Assembly: GCA_038087875.1 (NCBI GenBank)
Contig: JAXLNO010001468.1
Coordinates: forward strand, 62,001-126,000
Origin: Malacoraja senta
Lineage: Eukaryota
Length of the DNA: 64,000 bases
Direction of reading: 5' to 3'
The translations under genes were made by a program, and so were the position numbers. Numbering within the stretch: the first letter of the stretch is position 1; each line of letters starts with the position of its first letter. Under the pieces are notes generated by a model. The model was not told the DNA's origin and made no database searches. It worked only from the letters and a program-made list of their open reading frames with translations. Below, piece after piece: positions 38,202 through 51,075 of this stretch.

Positions 38202-39175
38202 TTGCAAATTTGGAATTTGGAATGCTATTTATTGTCATTCAAACCTAGGTTTGAACAAAATATCATTTACTACAGTTTTTTACATTACAAAAAAAACCAA
38301 GACCCACACTTAACACAGTTTACATAAACATCCATCACAGTGAATCTCCAACACCTCCTCACTGTGATGGAAGGCAAAGTCTTATCTCTTCCCTTTATTC
38401 TTCACCCGCGGTCCAGCAGTCCAACTGCAGCGTCGAGGCGAACTGGGGTTCCGATGTTAAACCCCCGGCGGGCGATGATAAGTCCTGTGGCCATTTAGCC
38501 ACGCCGGGTGATGTTAGGCCCCGGCTCCGTGTCCAACCCACGCGGTTCAAGCAGTCCAACCCGCGGTCCAGCAGTCCACCTGCAGTGTCTAGGCGAACTG
38601 GGGCTCCGATGTTAGAGCCCACGGCGGGCGATGGTAAGTCCCGTGGCCGCTAACCCGCGCCGGGCGATGTTAGGCCCCGCTCCGTGTCCTTTAAACCCCG
38701 CGCGTCCAGCGGGAGAAGTTGCCGTTGCGGGAGCTCTGAAAGCCGTCTCCCACCAGGGACCTGGAGCTCCCGATGTTCCTGTCCACCGGGCCCGCAGCCT
38801 GAGCTTCCGAAGCTCCAAAGTCGGGTCGCAGCCGAGCGCCACCACAGCTCTTCCCGCTCAGAAGATGACCAGCTCCGCGATGTCAGGTCCGCAGGTTCCG
38901 CGACTGGAGCCCTCAGGTTGGTCCCGACCGGAGTCAGCCGCCGGCTCCATGATGTTAGGCCCAACGACACCGGAGACCCGACAGGGAAAAAGTCGGGTCC
39001 CCGCACAGGGAAGAGACTAACGGTTTCCCCCACACCCCCCCCTCCACCCCCACATATACACAGCTAAAAAATAATAAAAACTAAGCTCAAGACATACATT
39101 TAACAAGACAAAAAAATTTTAAAAAGACGGACGACTGTAGTTGAGCCGCTGCCTTTAGGCGCCGCCACTGCACAA
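38202..39175 (-). mobile_element. GC-rich SINE-like retroelement (element C), apparently complete
   Basis: Flanking TTGAT direct repeats (38197..38201, 39176..39180); head GTGCAGTGGCGGCGCC; ~155-bp internal duplication; 13-bp hairpin at 38331..38371; TGACAATAAA and (TTCCAAA)n tail. Confidence 0.8.
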
Positions 39176-39506
39176 TTGATGTAGATTGACGTAGGTAGCC
39201 GCCAATGGAATTCACCGAAGTCAGCACCAGCGACAACCTACGTCAACTGGCGACAACCTACGTCATCCTGGTGACAACCTACGACAGCACCTATGTCAAG
39301 TGAAGTGAAGCTACGCTCATTGGCATCAAGCCCACTGTCGCCGATTGTCGCCGAAAATTTTTGAACATTTCAAAATCCAGCAGCGACCAGAAAAACGTTA
39401 TATCTCTTTGGGCGACTGAGGAGACTACTCACGACCATACAGGCAACACCCTGGCGACCATGTGGCGACAACCTAGTCGCCTTTAGTCACCTAAAAAAAA
39501 TCGCCT

Positions 39507-39724
39507 AGGGCCTGTCCCACTTAGGCGATTTTTTAGGCGACTACAGGCGACTGCCGAAAACTGGCGACAATTTGGGCTGTCAGATTGTCGTAGGTTGTCG
39601 TAGGTGCTGTCGTAGGTTGTCACCGGGTTAACGTAGGTTGTCGCCAGGTGACGTAGGTTGTCGCCAGGTGACGTTGTCCTAGTCACTGGCAGTCGCCTAA
39701 AAAATCACCTAAGTGGGACAGGCC
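39507..39724. mobile_element. Short Harbinger-type MITE inside the right TIR of a related MITE
   Basis: TIRs AGGGCCTGTCCCACTTAGGCGATTTTTTAGGCGACT and AGTCGCCTAAAAAATCACCTAAGTGGGACAGGCC. Confidence 0.8.
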
Positions 39725-39869
39725 AAGTGGGACAGGTCCTTTACTGAAATACAGATGATTGTTCACTGTGAAAAGTTTGGCAGTAACTCTGCATTCTGCT
39801 GCTTCACAGAACAAAATTATTTCCGAAAGAACAGGATATCTACTTTGCTGTTACTGCTGATATGTTCCA

Positions 39870-40415
39870 CTTAGCACTCAACTCCCTATGGCCATAATTG
39901 TTATTTTGTCGGTACACAAAAATGCTGGACAAAATTTTTATTTTGACATTTGGTTTCAAAGAATCAGCACTCAAAATCACGTTTTGCAAACGCTTATTCG
40001 GAAAAGAAAAACGTAAGGACACCGACTGGTTCGAGGCATACTTAGATGAAATGACACCCATCATTGAAGCTAAATGCTCTGCGCACCTTGCACATGATGT
40101 ACAACCGAACCCCCAGCACGTGAAGAGGCCTCGAGCTTGCAAAAGCAGCCACACAGGTACTGGAGTGACTTGGCAAAGAAATCCAAGCTGCACGCAACTA
40201 TGGCAACTTTTGTGCCGTGTACGATGGCATAAACCGAGCAATAGGTCCCACCATGTCCAAAATTGCTTCTCTGAAATCTGCAGACCTCACCATCATCACT
40301 GACAAAAAGAAGCAGATGGATCACTGTGTCGAACATCATTCTCAGTCACATTCATGCTCGGCTGACATCTCCACCGCAGCTCTTGTGATCTCCCTCAGGT
40401 GTCAGCGATGAGTGA
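39870..40415 (+). mobile_element. RTE-clade LINE ORF2 linker fragment, degenerate
   Basis: DTDWFEA..DEMTPIIEAK and MYDGINRAIGPT.SKIA.LKS....ITDK.KQM...VEH resemble the RTE/BovB endonuclease-RT linker. Confidence 0.7.
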
Positions 40416-40488
40416 ATTTAGATTTAGAAATAGAGAGTGGAAACAGGCCCTTCGGCCCACTGTCTAATGAAGAGCCTGACCTCTGAAT

Positions 40489-43400
40489 ATAGAAACATAG
40501 ACATAGAAAATAGGTACAGGAGTAGGCCATTCGGCCCTTCGAGCCTGCACCGCCATTCAATATGATCATGGCTGATCATCCAACTCAGTATCCCGTACCT
40601 GCCTTCTCTCCATACCCCCTGATCCCCTTAGCCACAAGGGCCACATCTAACTCCCTCTTAAATATAGCCAATGAACTGGCCTCAAATACCTTCTGTGGCA
40701 GAGAATTCCAGAGATTCACCACGCTCTGTGTGAAAAATGTTTTTCTCATCTCGGTCCTAAAAGACTTCCCCCTTATCCTTAAACTGTGACCCCTTGTTCT
40801 GGGCTTCCCCAACATCGGGAACAATCTTCCTGCATCTAGCCTGTCCAACCCCTTAAGAATTTTGTAAGTTTCTATAAGATCCCCCCTCAATTTTCTAAAT
40901 TCTAGCGAGTACAAGCCGAGTCTATCCAGTCTTTCTTCATATGAAAGTCCTGACATCCCAGGAATCAGTCTGGTGAACCTTCTCTGTACTCCCTCTATGG
41001 CAAGAATGTCTTTCCTCAGATTAGGAGACCAAAACTGTACGCAATACTCCAGGTGTGGTCTCACCAAGACCCTGTACAACTGCAGTAGAACCTCCCTGCT
41101 CCTATACTCAAATCCTTTTGCTATGAATGCTAACATACCATTCGCTTTCTTCACTGCCTGCTGCACCTGCATGCCTACTTTCATTGACTGGTGTACCATG
41201 ACACACAGGTCTCATTGCATCTCCCCTTTTCCTAATCGGCCACCATTCAGATAATAGTCTACTCTCCTGTTTTTGCCACCAAAGTGGATAACCTCACATT
41301 TATCCACATTATACTGCATCTGCCATGCATTTTCCCACTCACCCAACCTATCCAAGTCACCTTGCAGTCTCCTAGCATCCTCCTCACAGCTAACACTGCC
41401 CCCCAGCTTTGTGTCATCCGCAAACTTGGAGATGTTGCATTCAATTCCCTCGTCCAAATCATTAATATATATTGTAAATAGCTGGGGTCCCAGCACCGAG
41501 CCTTGCGGTACCCCACTAGTCACTGCCTGCCATTGTGAAAAGGACCCGTTTACTCCTACTCTTTACTTCCTGTCTGTCAGCCAGTTCTCTATCCACATCA
41601 ATACTGAACCACCAATACCGTGTGCTTTAAGTTTGCATACTAATTTCTTATGCAGGACCTAGTCGAAAGCCTTCTGAAAGTCCAGATATAACACATCCAC
41701 TGGTTCTCCCTTATCCACTCTACTAGTTACATCCTCGAAAAATTCTATAAGATTCGTCAGACATGATTTACCTTTCATAAATCCATGCTGACTTTGTCCA
41801 ATGATTTCACCACTTTCCAAATGTGCTGGTATCCCATCTTTAATAACTGACTCTAGCAGTTTCCCCACTACCGATGTTAGACTAACTGGTCTGTAATTCC
41901 CTGTTTTCTCTCTCCCTTTTTTAAAAAGTGGGGTTACATTAGCTACCCTCCAATCCTCAGGAACTACTCCAGAATCTAAAGAGTTTTGAAAAATTATCAC
42001 TAATGCATCCACTATTTCTGGGGCTACTTCCTTAAGTACTCTGGGATGCAGCCTATCGTGCCCTGGGGATTTATCGGCCTTTAATCCATTCAATTTACCT
42101 AACACCACTTCCCGGCTAACCTGGATTTCACTCAGTTCCTCCATCTCATTTGACCCCCAGTTCCCTGCTATTTCTGGCAGATTATTTATGCCTTCCTTAG
42201 TGAAGACAGAACCAAAGTAGTTATTCAATTGGTCTGCCATGTCCTTGTTCCTCATGATCAATTCACCTGTTTCTAACTGCAATGGACCTACATTTGTTTT
42301 AACTAATCTTTTTCTCTTCACGTATATATAAAAAAAATTGCACAGTTTTTATGTTCCCTGCCAGTTTTCTTTCATAATCTATTTTCCCTTTCCTAATTAA
42401 GCCCTTTGTTCTCCTCGGCTGGACTCTGAATTTCTCCCAGTCCTCTGGTAGGCTGCTTTTTCTGGCTAATTTGTATGCTTCATCTTTTGTTTTGATACTA
42501 TCCCTGATTTCCCTTGTAATCCACGGATGCACTACCTTCCCTGATTTATTCTTTTGCCAAACTGGGATGAACAATTGTTGTAGTTCATCCATGCAGTTTT
42601 TAAATGCCTTCCATTGCCTATCCGTCAACCCTTTAAGGATCAATTGCCAGTCTATCTTGGCCAATGCACGACTCATACCCTCAACGTTACCTTTATTTAA
42701 GTTCAGAACCCTTGTTTCTGAATTAATTATGTCACTCTCCATCCTAATGAAGAACTCAACCATATTATGGTCACTCTTGCCCAAGGGGCCACGCACAAGA
42801 CTGCTAACTAACCCTTCCTCATTACTCAATACCCAGTCTAGAATAGCCTGCTCTCTCGTTGGTTCCTCTACATGTTGGTTTAGAAAACTATCCCGCATAC
42901 ATTCCAAGAAATCCTCTTCCTCAGCACCCCTGCCAATTTGATTCACCCAATCTATATGTAGATTGAAGTCACCCATTATAACTGTTTTACCTTTGTTGCA
43001 CACATTTCTAATTTCCTGTTTGATGCCATCCCCAACTCCACTACTACTGTTAGGTGGCCTGTACACAACTCCCACTAGAGTTTTCGGCCCCTTAGTGTTT
43101 CGCAGCTCTATCCATATCGATTCCACATCCTCCAAGCTAATGTCCTTCCTTTCTATTGCGTTAATCTCCTCTCTAACCAGCAACGCTACCCCACCTCCTT
43201 TTCCTTTCTGTCTATCCCTCCTGAATATTGAATATCCCTGGATGTTCAGCTCCCAGCCTTGGTCACCCTGGAGCCATGTCTCTGTGATCCAACTATATCA
43301 TATTCATTAATAACTATCTGCACATTCAACTCATCCACCTTATTACGAATGCTCCTTGCATTGAGACATAAAGCCTTCAGGCTTGTTTTTACAACACTCT

Positions 43401-43672
43401 TACCCCTTATACAATTATGTTGAAAAATGGCCCTTTTTGATTTTTGCCCTGGATTTGTCTGCTTGCCACTTTTACTTTTCACCTTGCTACCTATTGCTTC
43501 TATCCTCATTTTACTCCCCTCTCCCAATTTAAGAAACCCACCACCACTTATTCTCTGTTTATCTTTTTCTTCTTTCTCCCCTACATGTTGTGTCTGAGTG
43601 CTTCCCTTCTCTGCCTCCTGCCTCACACACTGTCTACTACCTTTCTCTATTTGAGTCCCTCCCCCCAACCGT
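40489..43672 (-). mobile_element. CR1 LINE with near-complete, frameshifted ORF2 and no ORF1
   Basis: ORFs 43246..43668, 42299..43183, 41659..42321, 41212..41523 and 40585..41199 tile endonuclease + RT; (TTTCTATG)n tail. Confidence 0.94.
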
Positions 43673-43879
43673 TATATGCAGACACATACTGCAGCCCACC
43701 TACAAATATTGGGGTGACATTGGTTCTTGAGTGGAAGTTGTGAAGGTTGATAGTTTTTCATCAGCCCTGTGGATTAGTAACACTCCAGCGGAATGCTTAT
43801 TGTTTGCACCTATGATTAAATGCCCTCCCATCTGCTCTGGAGACTTGGACTAGCCACAGCCGCCATCTCAAAGCACTAG

Positions 43880-44460
43880 TGGGGGACCACTAAAAATGGC
43901 TCCACAAAATCTTCCAATGAACAGTTTTCGGCTTCATATCTGAGGAAGGATGTGCTGACTTTGGAGAGGGTCCCGAGGAGAACAATCCCATGATTATTCG
44001 GGTTAACACAGAAGGAGCGTTTGAAGACTCTGGGCCTATACACGCTGGAGTTTAGATGGATGAGGGGGGATCTCATGGAAACCCACTGGATAGTGAAAGG
44101 CCTAGATTGAGTGGATGTGGAGAGGATGTTTCCAGTAATGGGAGAATCTAGAAGCAGTTGGGGAACAGCCTCAGAATAAAAGAATGTACCTTCAAAATGG
44201 AGTTGGGGAGGAATTTCTCTAGCCAAAGGGTGGTGAATCTGTGGAATTCATTGCCACAGATGGTTTGGAGGCCAAGTCATTTGGGTATTTTTAAGGCAGA
44301 GATTGATAGGTTCTTGATTAGGAAAGGCATAAAAGGTCATGGAGAGAAGGCCGGAGAAAGAGGTTGAGAGGAAAAAAAATAGATCAGCCATGATTAAATG
44401 GCAGAGGAGACTCAATGGGCTGAATGGCCTAATTCTGTCTCTATGTCCTATGGTTTTATG
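43880..44460 (+). mobile_element. CR1 3' fragment
   Basis: GNSLRIK...FSSQRVVNLWNSLP..FKAEIDRFL; degenerate tail. Confidence 0.8.
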
Positions 44461-44789
44461 GTTTTAATCTATTGGAAGGTAAAGCCAATTATTGTCTACT
44501 CTCAGTATTTTTGGTATTGTGGTCCGAGGTACACCTAGTCAGCTCCATCAGATAGACCACATTGTACAGAAGCCTGACAATACACTCTCAAAACAGAATA
44601 TCAATTTTAAGCTCCGTCATAGTAAGAGATTCTGAGTTACACAAAGGTTCAGGGATAGTTTTCAAACTTGCTTGAAAAGATGCCGTATTTCCACTGATTC
44701 CTGGGAATACCTGGTCCATTAGTGCTCAAGGTGGAGGGGATTCCAGAGCTTCTAGGAGCCCAACATAAATGATGGATAGAGCACATCAC

Positions 44790-45000
44790 CTCTGACGCTA
44801 CACACTGATCCAGAGATGCTGCCTGACCCGCTGAGTTACTCCAACATTTGGTGATTTCTTCGGTATAAACCAGCATCTGCAGTTCCTTCCTACACACCTA
44901 GTGCGTAGGGAGTGGATGAGAAAGTGGAATAACATAGAACTAATGTGAATGGGTGATCGTTGGGCGGCATGGACTCGATGGGCCGAAGGGCTTGTTTCCT
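44790..45000. mobile_element. Penelope 3' fragment followed by a V-SINE tail
   Basis: GATGCTGCCTGACCCGCTGAGTTACTCCA matches the Penelope 3' end; GATGGGCCGAAGGGCTTGTTTCC matches the SINE tail. Confidence 0.6.
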
Positions 45001-45959
45001 CTTAAGTGAGTAATATTCTGTGAGTGGATTAGCTGTCTGATCTGTTCCAACCGGTTCTGGCTGTTGAATAAAACAAAAAACAGTCTTTTCTCTAATTAGA
45101 GGAACTGAAATGAATCTTCTGGGATTAGTAGAAATCTTGTAAATTACCCATAGGTTGCAGAATTCCCCTTTGTATCCGCTTCAGATTTTACAGTAAATGG
45201 CACTCTGGTGTTTAGAACTCTGGTCTTTAAGGCAGTAACAGTTTGTTTCTATGTTAACTTTTCATTCTTCTGAACATAAAATATATAACAACACTAATCT
45301 GCAACACTAATCTGAATGTGGGCTGACTTTATCATGCTGTAGGAAACAACCTGGACTTTAATACAGTCGGGCCGAGTCCAGGAACCATTTCACCAGGTCT
45401 CTCCTGCGTATTTGCTTGTGCTGAACAAAGGCCAATTACATTTTACAATGCTGGACTCAGTGTGACTCTTTATCAGCAGTAATCAGTTTGATAGTACAAG
45501 AGCTGCTGCATTGATAGGTGCACTGTCCATGAAGGTCTACTGAACACGTCTACACCCTCCTCTGACATCCCAAGCAATCCCTGTCACATTATCCAGAGTC
45601 CTCAGTCACCACATCACTGTAACGCAGAGACCCACTCTCATTTAAAAGTGCTGTAAACACAGTCACGCTGTCCAAGGCACAACTGATCAACCTGCCATAC
45701 GAATCTACTCAGGGATGGTGCTGGTTCCTTTAAATGCAATCTGACCTATAGGTACACTTACGTTAATCTCTCCAACACACCATTCTATTCTTATCAATAT
45801 GTCACAAATCGTCACTGTGATTGTTACCATGCTGAAACCTCACTACAGGATACTAGACTTAGTTTAAAGATGTGTTATTACTATCCTAATAGCCTGCTCT
45901 CCTTCCTCCTAGAGAGGCGTATGTTACCATGAGATTGGGCCCACTGTTTCTTACTTAGT

Positions 45960-46258
45960 TTTTTTAGTTTAGAGAGGCACAGCGTGGAAACAGGCCCTTC
46001 GGCCCACCAAGTCCGCGCCAACCAATGATCATCCATACAGCAGTTCTATCCTCTACGCTAGGGACAACTTACAGAAGACAATTCGTCTACAATCCAGCAC
46101 ATCTTTAGGACATGGGAAGAAACTGGAGCACCTGGAGAAAACCCGCGGCCACAAGGAGAGCGTACAAACTCCGAACAGACAGCATCCATAGTGAGGATCG
46201 AACCTGGGTCTCTGGTGCTGTATGGCAACCAACTCTACCGTTGTGCCACTGTACTGCC
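45960..46258 (-). mobile_element. V-SINE (HE1-like), full length
   Basis: Reverse complement of the 20553..20850 architecture (head, V-domain, CR1-like tail). Confidence 0.82.
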
Positions 46259-48086
46259 ACTGAGTAACTTTGAGCATTCCTTTGCTGGTGAAGATGGTCA
46301 CACCATGCATTAATGTTTTGTAGTCATTGTCTCATTAACATTCTACCCTGTCCCAACCTCTTTGTTTCATCTAAGAATGTAGGGAGGAGTAGGCCCTGTG
46401 TGCCTTGGCTCCACCATCAATGAGATTTAATGTTGACCTCAAATGCATTTTATTGCCCATTCCCCATAACCCTTGACTCTCGTATAATACAAAAATGTCG
46501 ACAGTAATCTTGAATATATTCAAAGACGGCCTCCATGCCCATCTAGGGCAGAAAATTCCGAAGATTCACAACATTCTGGGAGCTAAAATCCCTCCTTATC
46601 TCACACGTACTTGTCTGACCCCCTATTCCTGGCTGGTGATCCTGGGAATCTACTTCAGTAAGGAAATAAAGACTATCCAACTAGCCTAAATAAACACAAA
46701 GACCTCAAAACTACTCTACTCCTCAAATGTTTCCACTGTGGTACTTCATAATCTTTAAAATTGCATTATCAAACCATTACTTTATTTTCTGTTTCCTTCT
46801 CCCATACTGTTTTTTTAATCATTGGTGTTATCCTATATCCATGGCCTTTGACCTATATGTGTTAGTAACATTTTAAATGATAAGAATTTTAAAGACAGTA
46901 ATTTTGGTCTAATTGATATTCTATATCACAATTTCTTTGGGATACCAGTTTCCCAAGAGGTTGTGCAGCTCGTGTAGTTTATTTTTGCTGCAGCTCAAAA
47001 GTGTTTGTGAAATCAAAGTTGCTTTCCATATATTAAATTTCATAAATGTAGAAGATTTAGAAAGCTAAACTCTAAACAAATAAACGTCACATTTACAGTA
47101 AGTGCTTTGACTGAACCTATAGAGTAACACTGCTGTGATTATATTTAACTCTCAGACCATCAGGATTCACAGACTATCATGAGAAAGAGCTCAGATAATT
47201 ATACAGTTTATTAAAACCCGCAACATTAGTCAATATAATCAGTAGTACAAGTGTCCACACAAGTTCTCAGATATTCACTCGCTTTTAGAACCAGCCAAAT
47301 CATTAATTCTAGACATGCAATCTTTCCTGGACTGACAGCATCGCAAAATGTACTGGAACTGGACTTTTTGTTTAAAATGATTGCAAGTGTCACTGAAATT
47401 CCTGGTTTTCACCTTTGAGACTTATTATTCTCAAATGTTGACAACAGTAAAGTTGACAATATTATATTCGAATTGTGAAAAGTCTTTGCTAATATTTTTA
47501 ATTACTTAATTTGAGAGGTGTATTAAGTAAAAAAATAAATACTATTTTAGTTAATTTGTTTCATCTAAATTATTGCAGGCGTTGACATATTAGGTGAAAA
47601 AATGATTGAAATAACATATGTGGACAGTAATGCAAATTGAGTTGAACAATAGTTTAGTTCAAAGAGTACAATTCTTTTGGTTTGGATTTCCAGTTCCAGC
47701 TTCAGAAAACGGAGTCACCAACCAATGGTCCCCAGCTGAGAGTGCAGTACCTAAACCAGCACACAGTTCCGAGATTCAACCACAATGGAAGGTGTCCCAG
47801 TTCAATGTGTTAGGAATTCATTGCAAAAGTGGTTCAAATGTTCAGGGAAGAATGCAGCAGCATTTAAAAAATATATATATACAGATAATCAACAGCATTG
47901 CCGTAGGAGGTCAAATATGTTTTGATCCACAAACAGTAGAACAGTAAGTGTAAAGTGCCTTGCTCCTGGCTCACATATGGCCTCCCATTACCCACAAGGG
48001 AAGGATGGGATCAAGTCCAGCACCATTTTGCATCTGAAAAAAACTAGATCTGTTTCACTGAGTGCTAATAGTTTGAATTATGCCTG

Positions 48087-50232
48087 GAACATAGAAACAT
48101 AGAAAGTAGGTGCAGGAGGAGGCCATTTGGCCCTTCGAGCCAGCACCGCCATTCATTGTGATCATAGCTGATTGTCCCCTATCAATAACCCGTGCCTGCC
48201 TTCTCCCCATATCCCTTGACTCCACTAGCCCCTAGAGTTCTATCTAACTCTCTCTTAAATCCATCCAGTGATTTGGCCTCCTCTGCCCTCTGTGGCAGGG
48301 AATTCCACAAATTCACAACTCTCTGGGTGAAAAAGTTTTTTCTCACCTCAGTCTTAAATGACCTCCACTTTATTCTAAGACTGTGGCCCCTGGTTCTGGA
48401 CTCGCCCAACATTGGGAACATTTTTCCTGCATCTAGCTTGTCCAGTCCTTTTATAATTTTATATGTTTCTATAAGATCCCCCCTCATCCTTCTAAACTCC
48501 AGTGAATACAAGCCTAGTCTTTTCAATCTTTCCTCATATGACAGCCCCGCCATCCCAGGGATCAATCTCGTGAACCTACGCTGCACTGCCTCAATCACAA
48601 GGATGTCCTTCCTCAAAGTAGGAGACCAAAACTGTACGCAATACTGCAGATGTGGTCTCACCAGAGCCCTATACAACTACAGAAGAACCTCTTTACTCCT
48701 ATACTGAAATCCTCTTGTTATGAAGGCCAACATTCCATTAGCTTTCTTCACTGCCTGTAAACCAACTTTCAGTGACCGGTGTACAAGGACGCCCAGGTCT
48801 CGCTGCACCTCCCCCTTGCCTAACCTAACCCCATTGAGATAATAATCTGCCCCCTTGTTTTTGCCGCCAAAGTGGATAACCTCACATTTATCTATATTAT
48901 ACTGCATCTGCCACGCATCTGCCCACTCGCTCAACCAGTCCAGGTCACCCTGCAACCTCCTAACATCCTCTTCACAGTTCACACTGCCACCCAGCTTTGT
49001 GTCATCTGCAAACTTGCTAGTGTTGCTCCTAATTCCCTCTTCCAAATCATTAATATCTATGTATCTATGTATCTATGTAAACAGTTGCGGCCCCAACACC
49101 GAGCCTTGCGGCACTCCACTCGCCACTCGCCACTGCCTGCCATTCTGAAAAGGACCCGTTCACTTCTACTCTTTGCTTCCGGTCTGCCAACCAATTTTCT
49201 ATCCATGTCAACACCCTACCCCCAATACCATGTGCTCTAATTTTAGTCACCAGTCTCCTGTGCGGGACCTTATCAAAGGCTTTCTGAAAGTCTAAATACA
49301 CTACATCCACTGGCACCCCTTCATCTATTTTACTTGTCACATCCTAAAAAAAATCCAGAAGATTAGTCAAGCATGATTTCCCTTTCATAAATCCATGTTG
49401 ACTTGGACTAATCCTTTTACTGCTATCCAAATGCCCCATTATCACCTCTTTAATAATTGACTCCAGCATCTTTCCCACCACTGAAGTCAGGCTAACTGGT
49501 CTGTAATTCCCCATTTTCTCTCTCGCCCCTTTCTTGAAAAGTGAGATAACATTAACTATCCTCCAATCCACAGGAACTGATCCTGAATCTATTGAACATT
49601 GGAAAATGATCACCAATGCATCCACTATTTCTAGAGCCACCTCCCTGAGGACCCTGGGATGCAAACCATCAGGCCCAGGCGATTTATCATCCTTCAGTCC
49701 CATTAGACTACCCAATATTATTTCTCGCCTAATGAAAATTTCTTTCAGTTCCTCTACCCCCTTAGATCCTCTGTCCTCCAGTACATCTGGGAGATTGTTT
49801 GTGTCTTCCTTAGTGAAGACAGATCCGAAGTACCTATTCAACTCTTCTGCCATTTCCTTGTTGCCCATAATAATTTCACCCGTGTCTGCCTTCAAGGGAC
49901 CCACATTTGACTTTGCTACTCTTTTTCCCTTAACATATCTAAAGAAGCTTTTACTGTCCTTCTTTATATTCCTGGCCAGCTTCCCTTCATACTTCATCTT
50001 TTCAGCCCGTATTGCCCGTTTTGTTTCCTTCTGTTGTCCTATGAAAGTTTCCCAATCCTCTGGCTTCTGGCTACTCTTTGCTGTGTTATACATCTTTTCT
50101 TTTAGTTTTATTCTATCCCTAACTTTTCTTGTCAGCCACGGTTGCCTCCTACTCCCCTTAGAATCTTTCTTCCTTTTTGGAATGAAATGATCCTGTGTCT
50201 TCCGGATTATGCCCAGAAATTCCTGCCATTGC
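48087..50232 (-). mobile_element. 5'-truncated CR1, distinct subfamily
   Basis: ORFs 49344..50234, 49065..49340, 48677..49045 and 48182..48676 tile the RT; (TTTCTATG)n tail. Confidence 0.93.
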
Positions 50233-50538
50233 ATGGGAGAGAGATATCGAAAATGTATTTGTTTAGGCCAGAGAACTTTTCGAAGTGAATTGTTTGTGCA
50301 CTATTTCCTTAGCACAGTACTATTCCTCGCAAGAACGCCAGCAAATTCTGAGTATTATATACAATAAAGTGCCCTAAGTTCAAGTCTACTGACCACTTTT
50401 TAGATACCAGCTGTTGATAATATTTTGAATCTCGTTATAATCCAGCACCTTCATTTCCCAACTCCCTGCAGCACAGTCCCAGAGACTGATCGGTGCTAGA
50501 AGTGTGAATGTCCATTCCTTTGGTCCTTGGTTTTCACT

Positions 50539-50708
50539 TCACAGTATATCTCCCGCTAATTCGTAAGATTTTGTCAAGTTGATTCTTCGAAAGGCATAAT
50601 ACAAAGCAGAAAATATCAGTCCTGCTGATGCACTTGTGGCTACTGTGCACACTGTTTCCAGAACTCCTGTAGGAATCTCGGCAGGTGTTGCTATATCAGG
50701 TATTTTTT
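50539..50708 (-). CDS. vcam1: Terminal exon of a VCAM1-like gene: stalk, TM, short cytoplasmic tail
   Basis: Acceptor TCTTTACAG, phase 1; translates (E)KIPDIATPAEIPTGVLETVCTVATSASAGLIFSALYYAFRRINLTKSYELAGDIL*. The tail resembles VCAM1 IYFARKANMKGSYSL as recalled; orthology is untested. Confidence 0.7.
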
Positions 50709-50797
50709 CTGTAAAGAGACAGAAGAATATTTTTAAAGAACAATATCAGTAAAATACATTCTCCACACGACAATTCTCAATCTACACTTAAACTTAC

Positions 50798-51075
50798 TGA
50801 TAACTTATATTTCCACAAATCCTGTCTGTTTCCCAAGTTTATTAATCACTTTGGCCTTACAAAGCCCAGCGTCACTTGGTGTATTTGTCAAGGAATGTAA
50901 AGTTGTTGTTAGCAAAGGACAGCACATTTTCACTATTGTTCACTGGTTTCTTCCAGGTGAAATTGGTTAAGTGGATGTTATGAATGGTGCAACCAATGGT
51001 GACCTTTTCTCCTTCATCGACCAGTTTGGAAGGATGAGAGCAGTCAGGTTTGGTGATGAGGGGGAAAATACATGT
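50798..51075 (-). pseudogene. Decayed Ig-domain exon (VCAM1 membrane-proximal-domain-like)
   Basis: Remnants ITK..PSKLVDEGEKVTIGCT..FTWKK and SDAGL.K.KVINKLGKQ..VEI*VI, with frameshifts and a TAA; GTAAGT donor at 50792..50797. Confidence 0.75.

Larger units (their letters stand above)
37955..39740. mobile_element. Harbinger-type MITE (left TIR lost), interrupted by element C and by a second MITE
   Basis: CGAC-rich interior; right end AAGTGGGACAGGTCCT followed by TTA (39741-39743). Confidence 0.7.

Noticed and set aside
39130-39175. HDV-like ribozyme at the 5' head of element C
   Set aside because: Could not build the nested double-pseudoknot (P1/P3/L3 pattern) by eye; an RNArobo or Infernal search would be needed.
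45480-45760. Possible further decayed Ig exon on the minus strand (..SGSLRYSDVVTEDSG*C..)
   Set aside because: Only a short DxG-like resemblance, with stops in all frames, no convincing first Cys/Trp and no consistent splice sites.
47618-47947. 109-aa ORF in unique AT-rich sequence
   Set aside because: No recognisable domain or exon context; consistent with chance.
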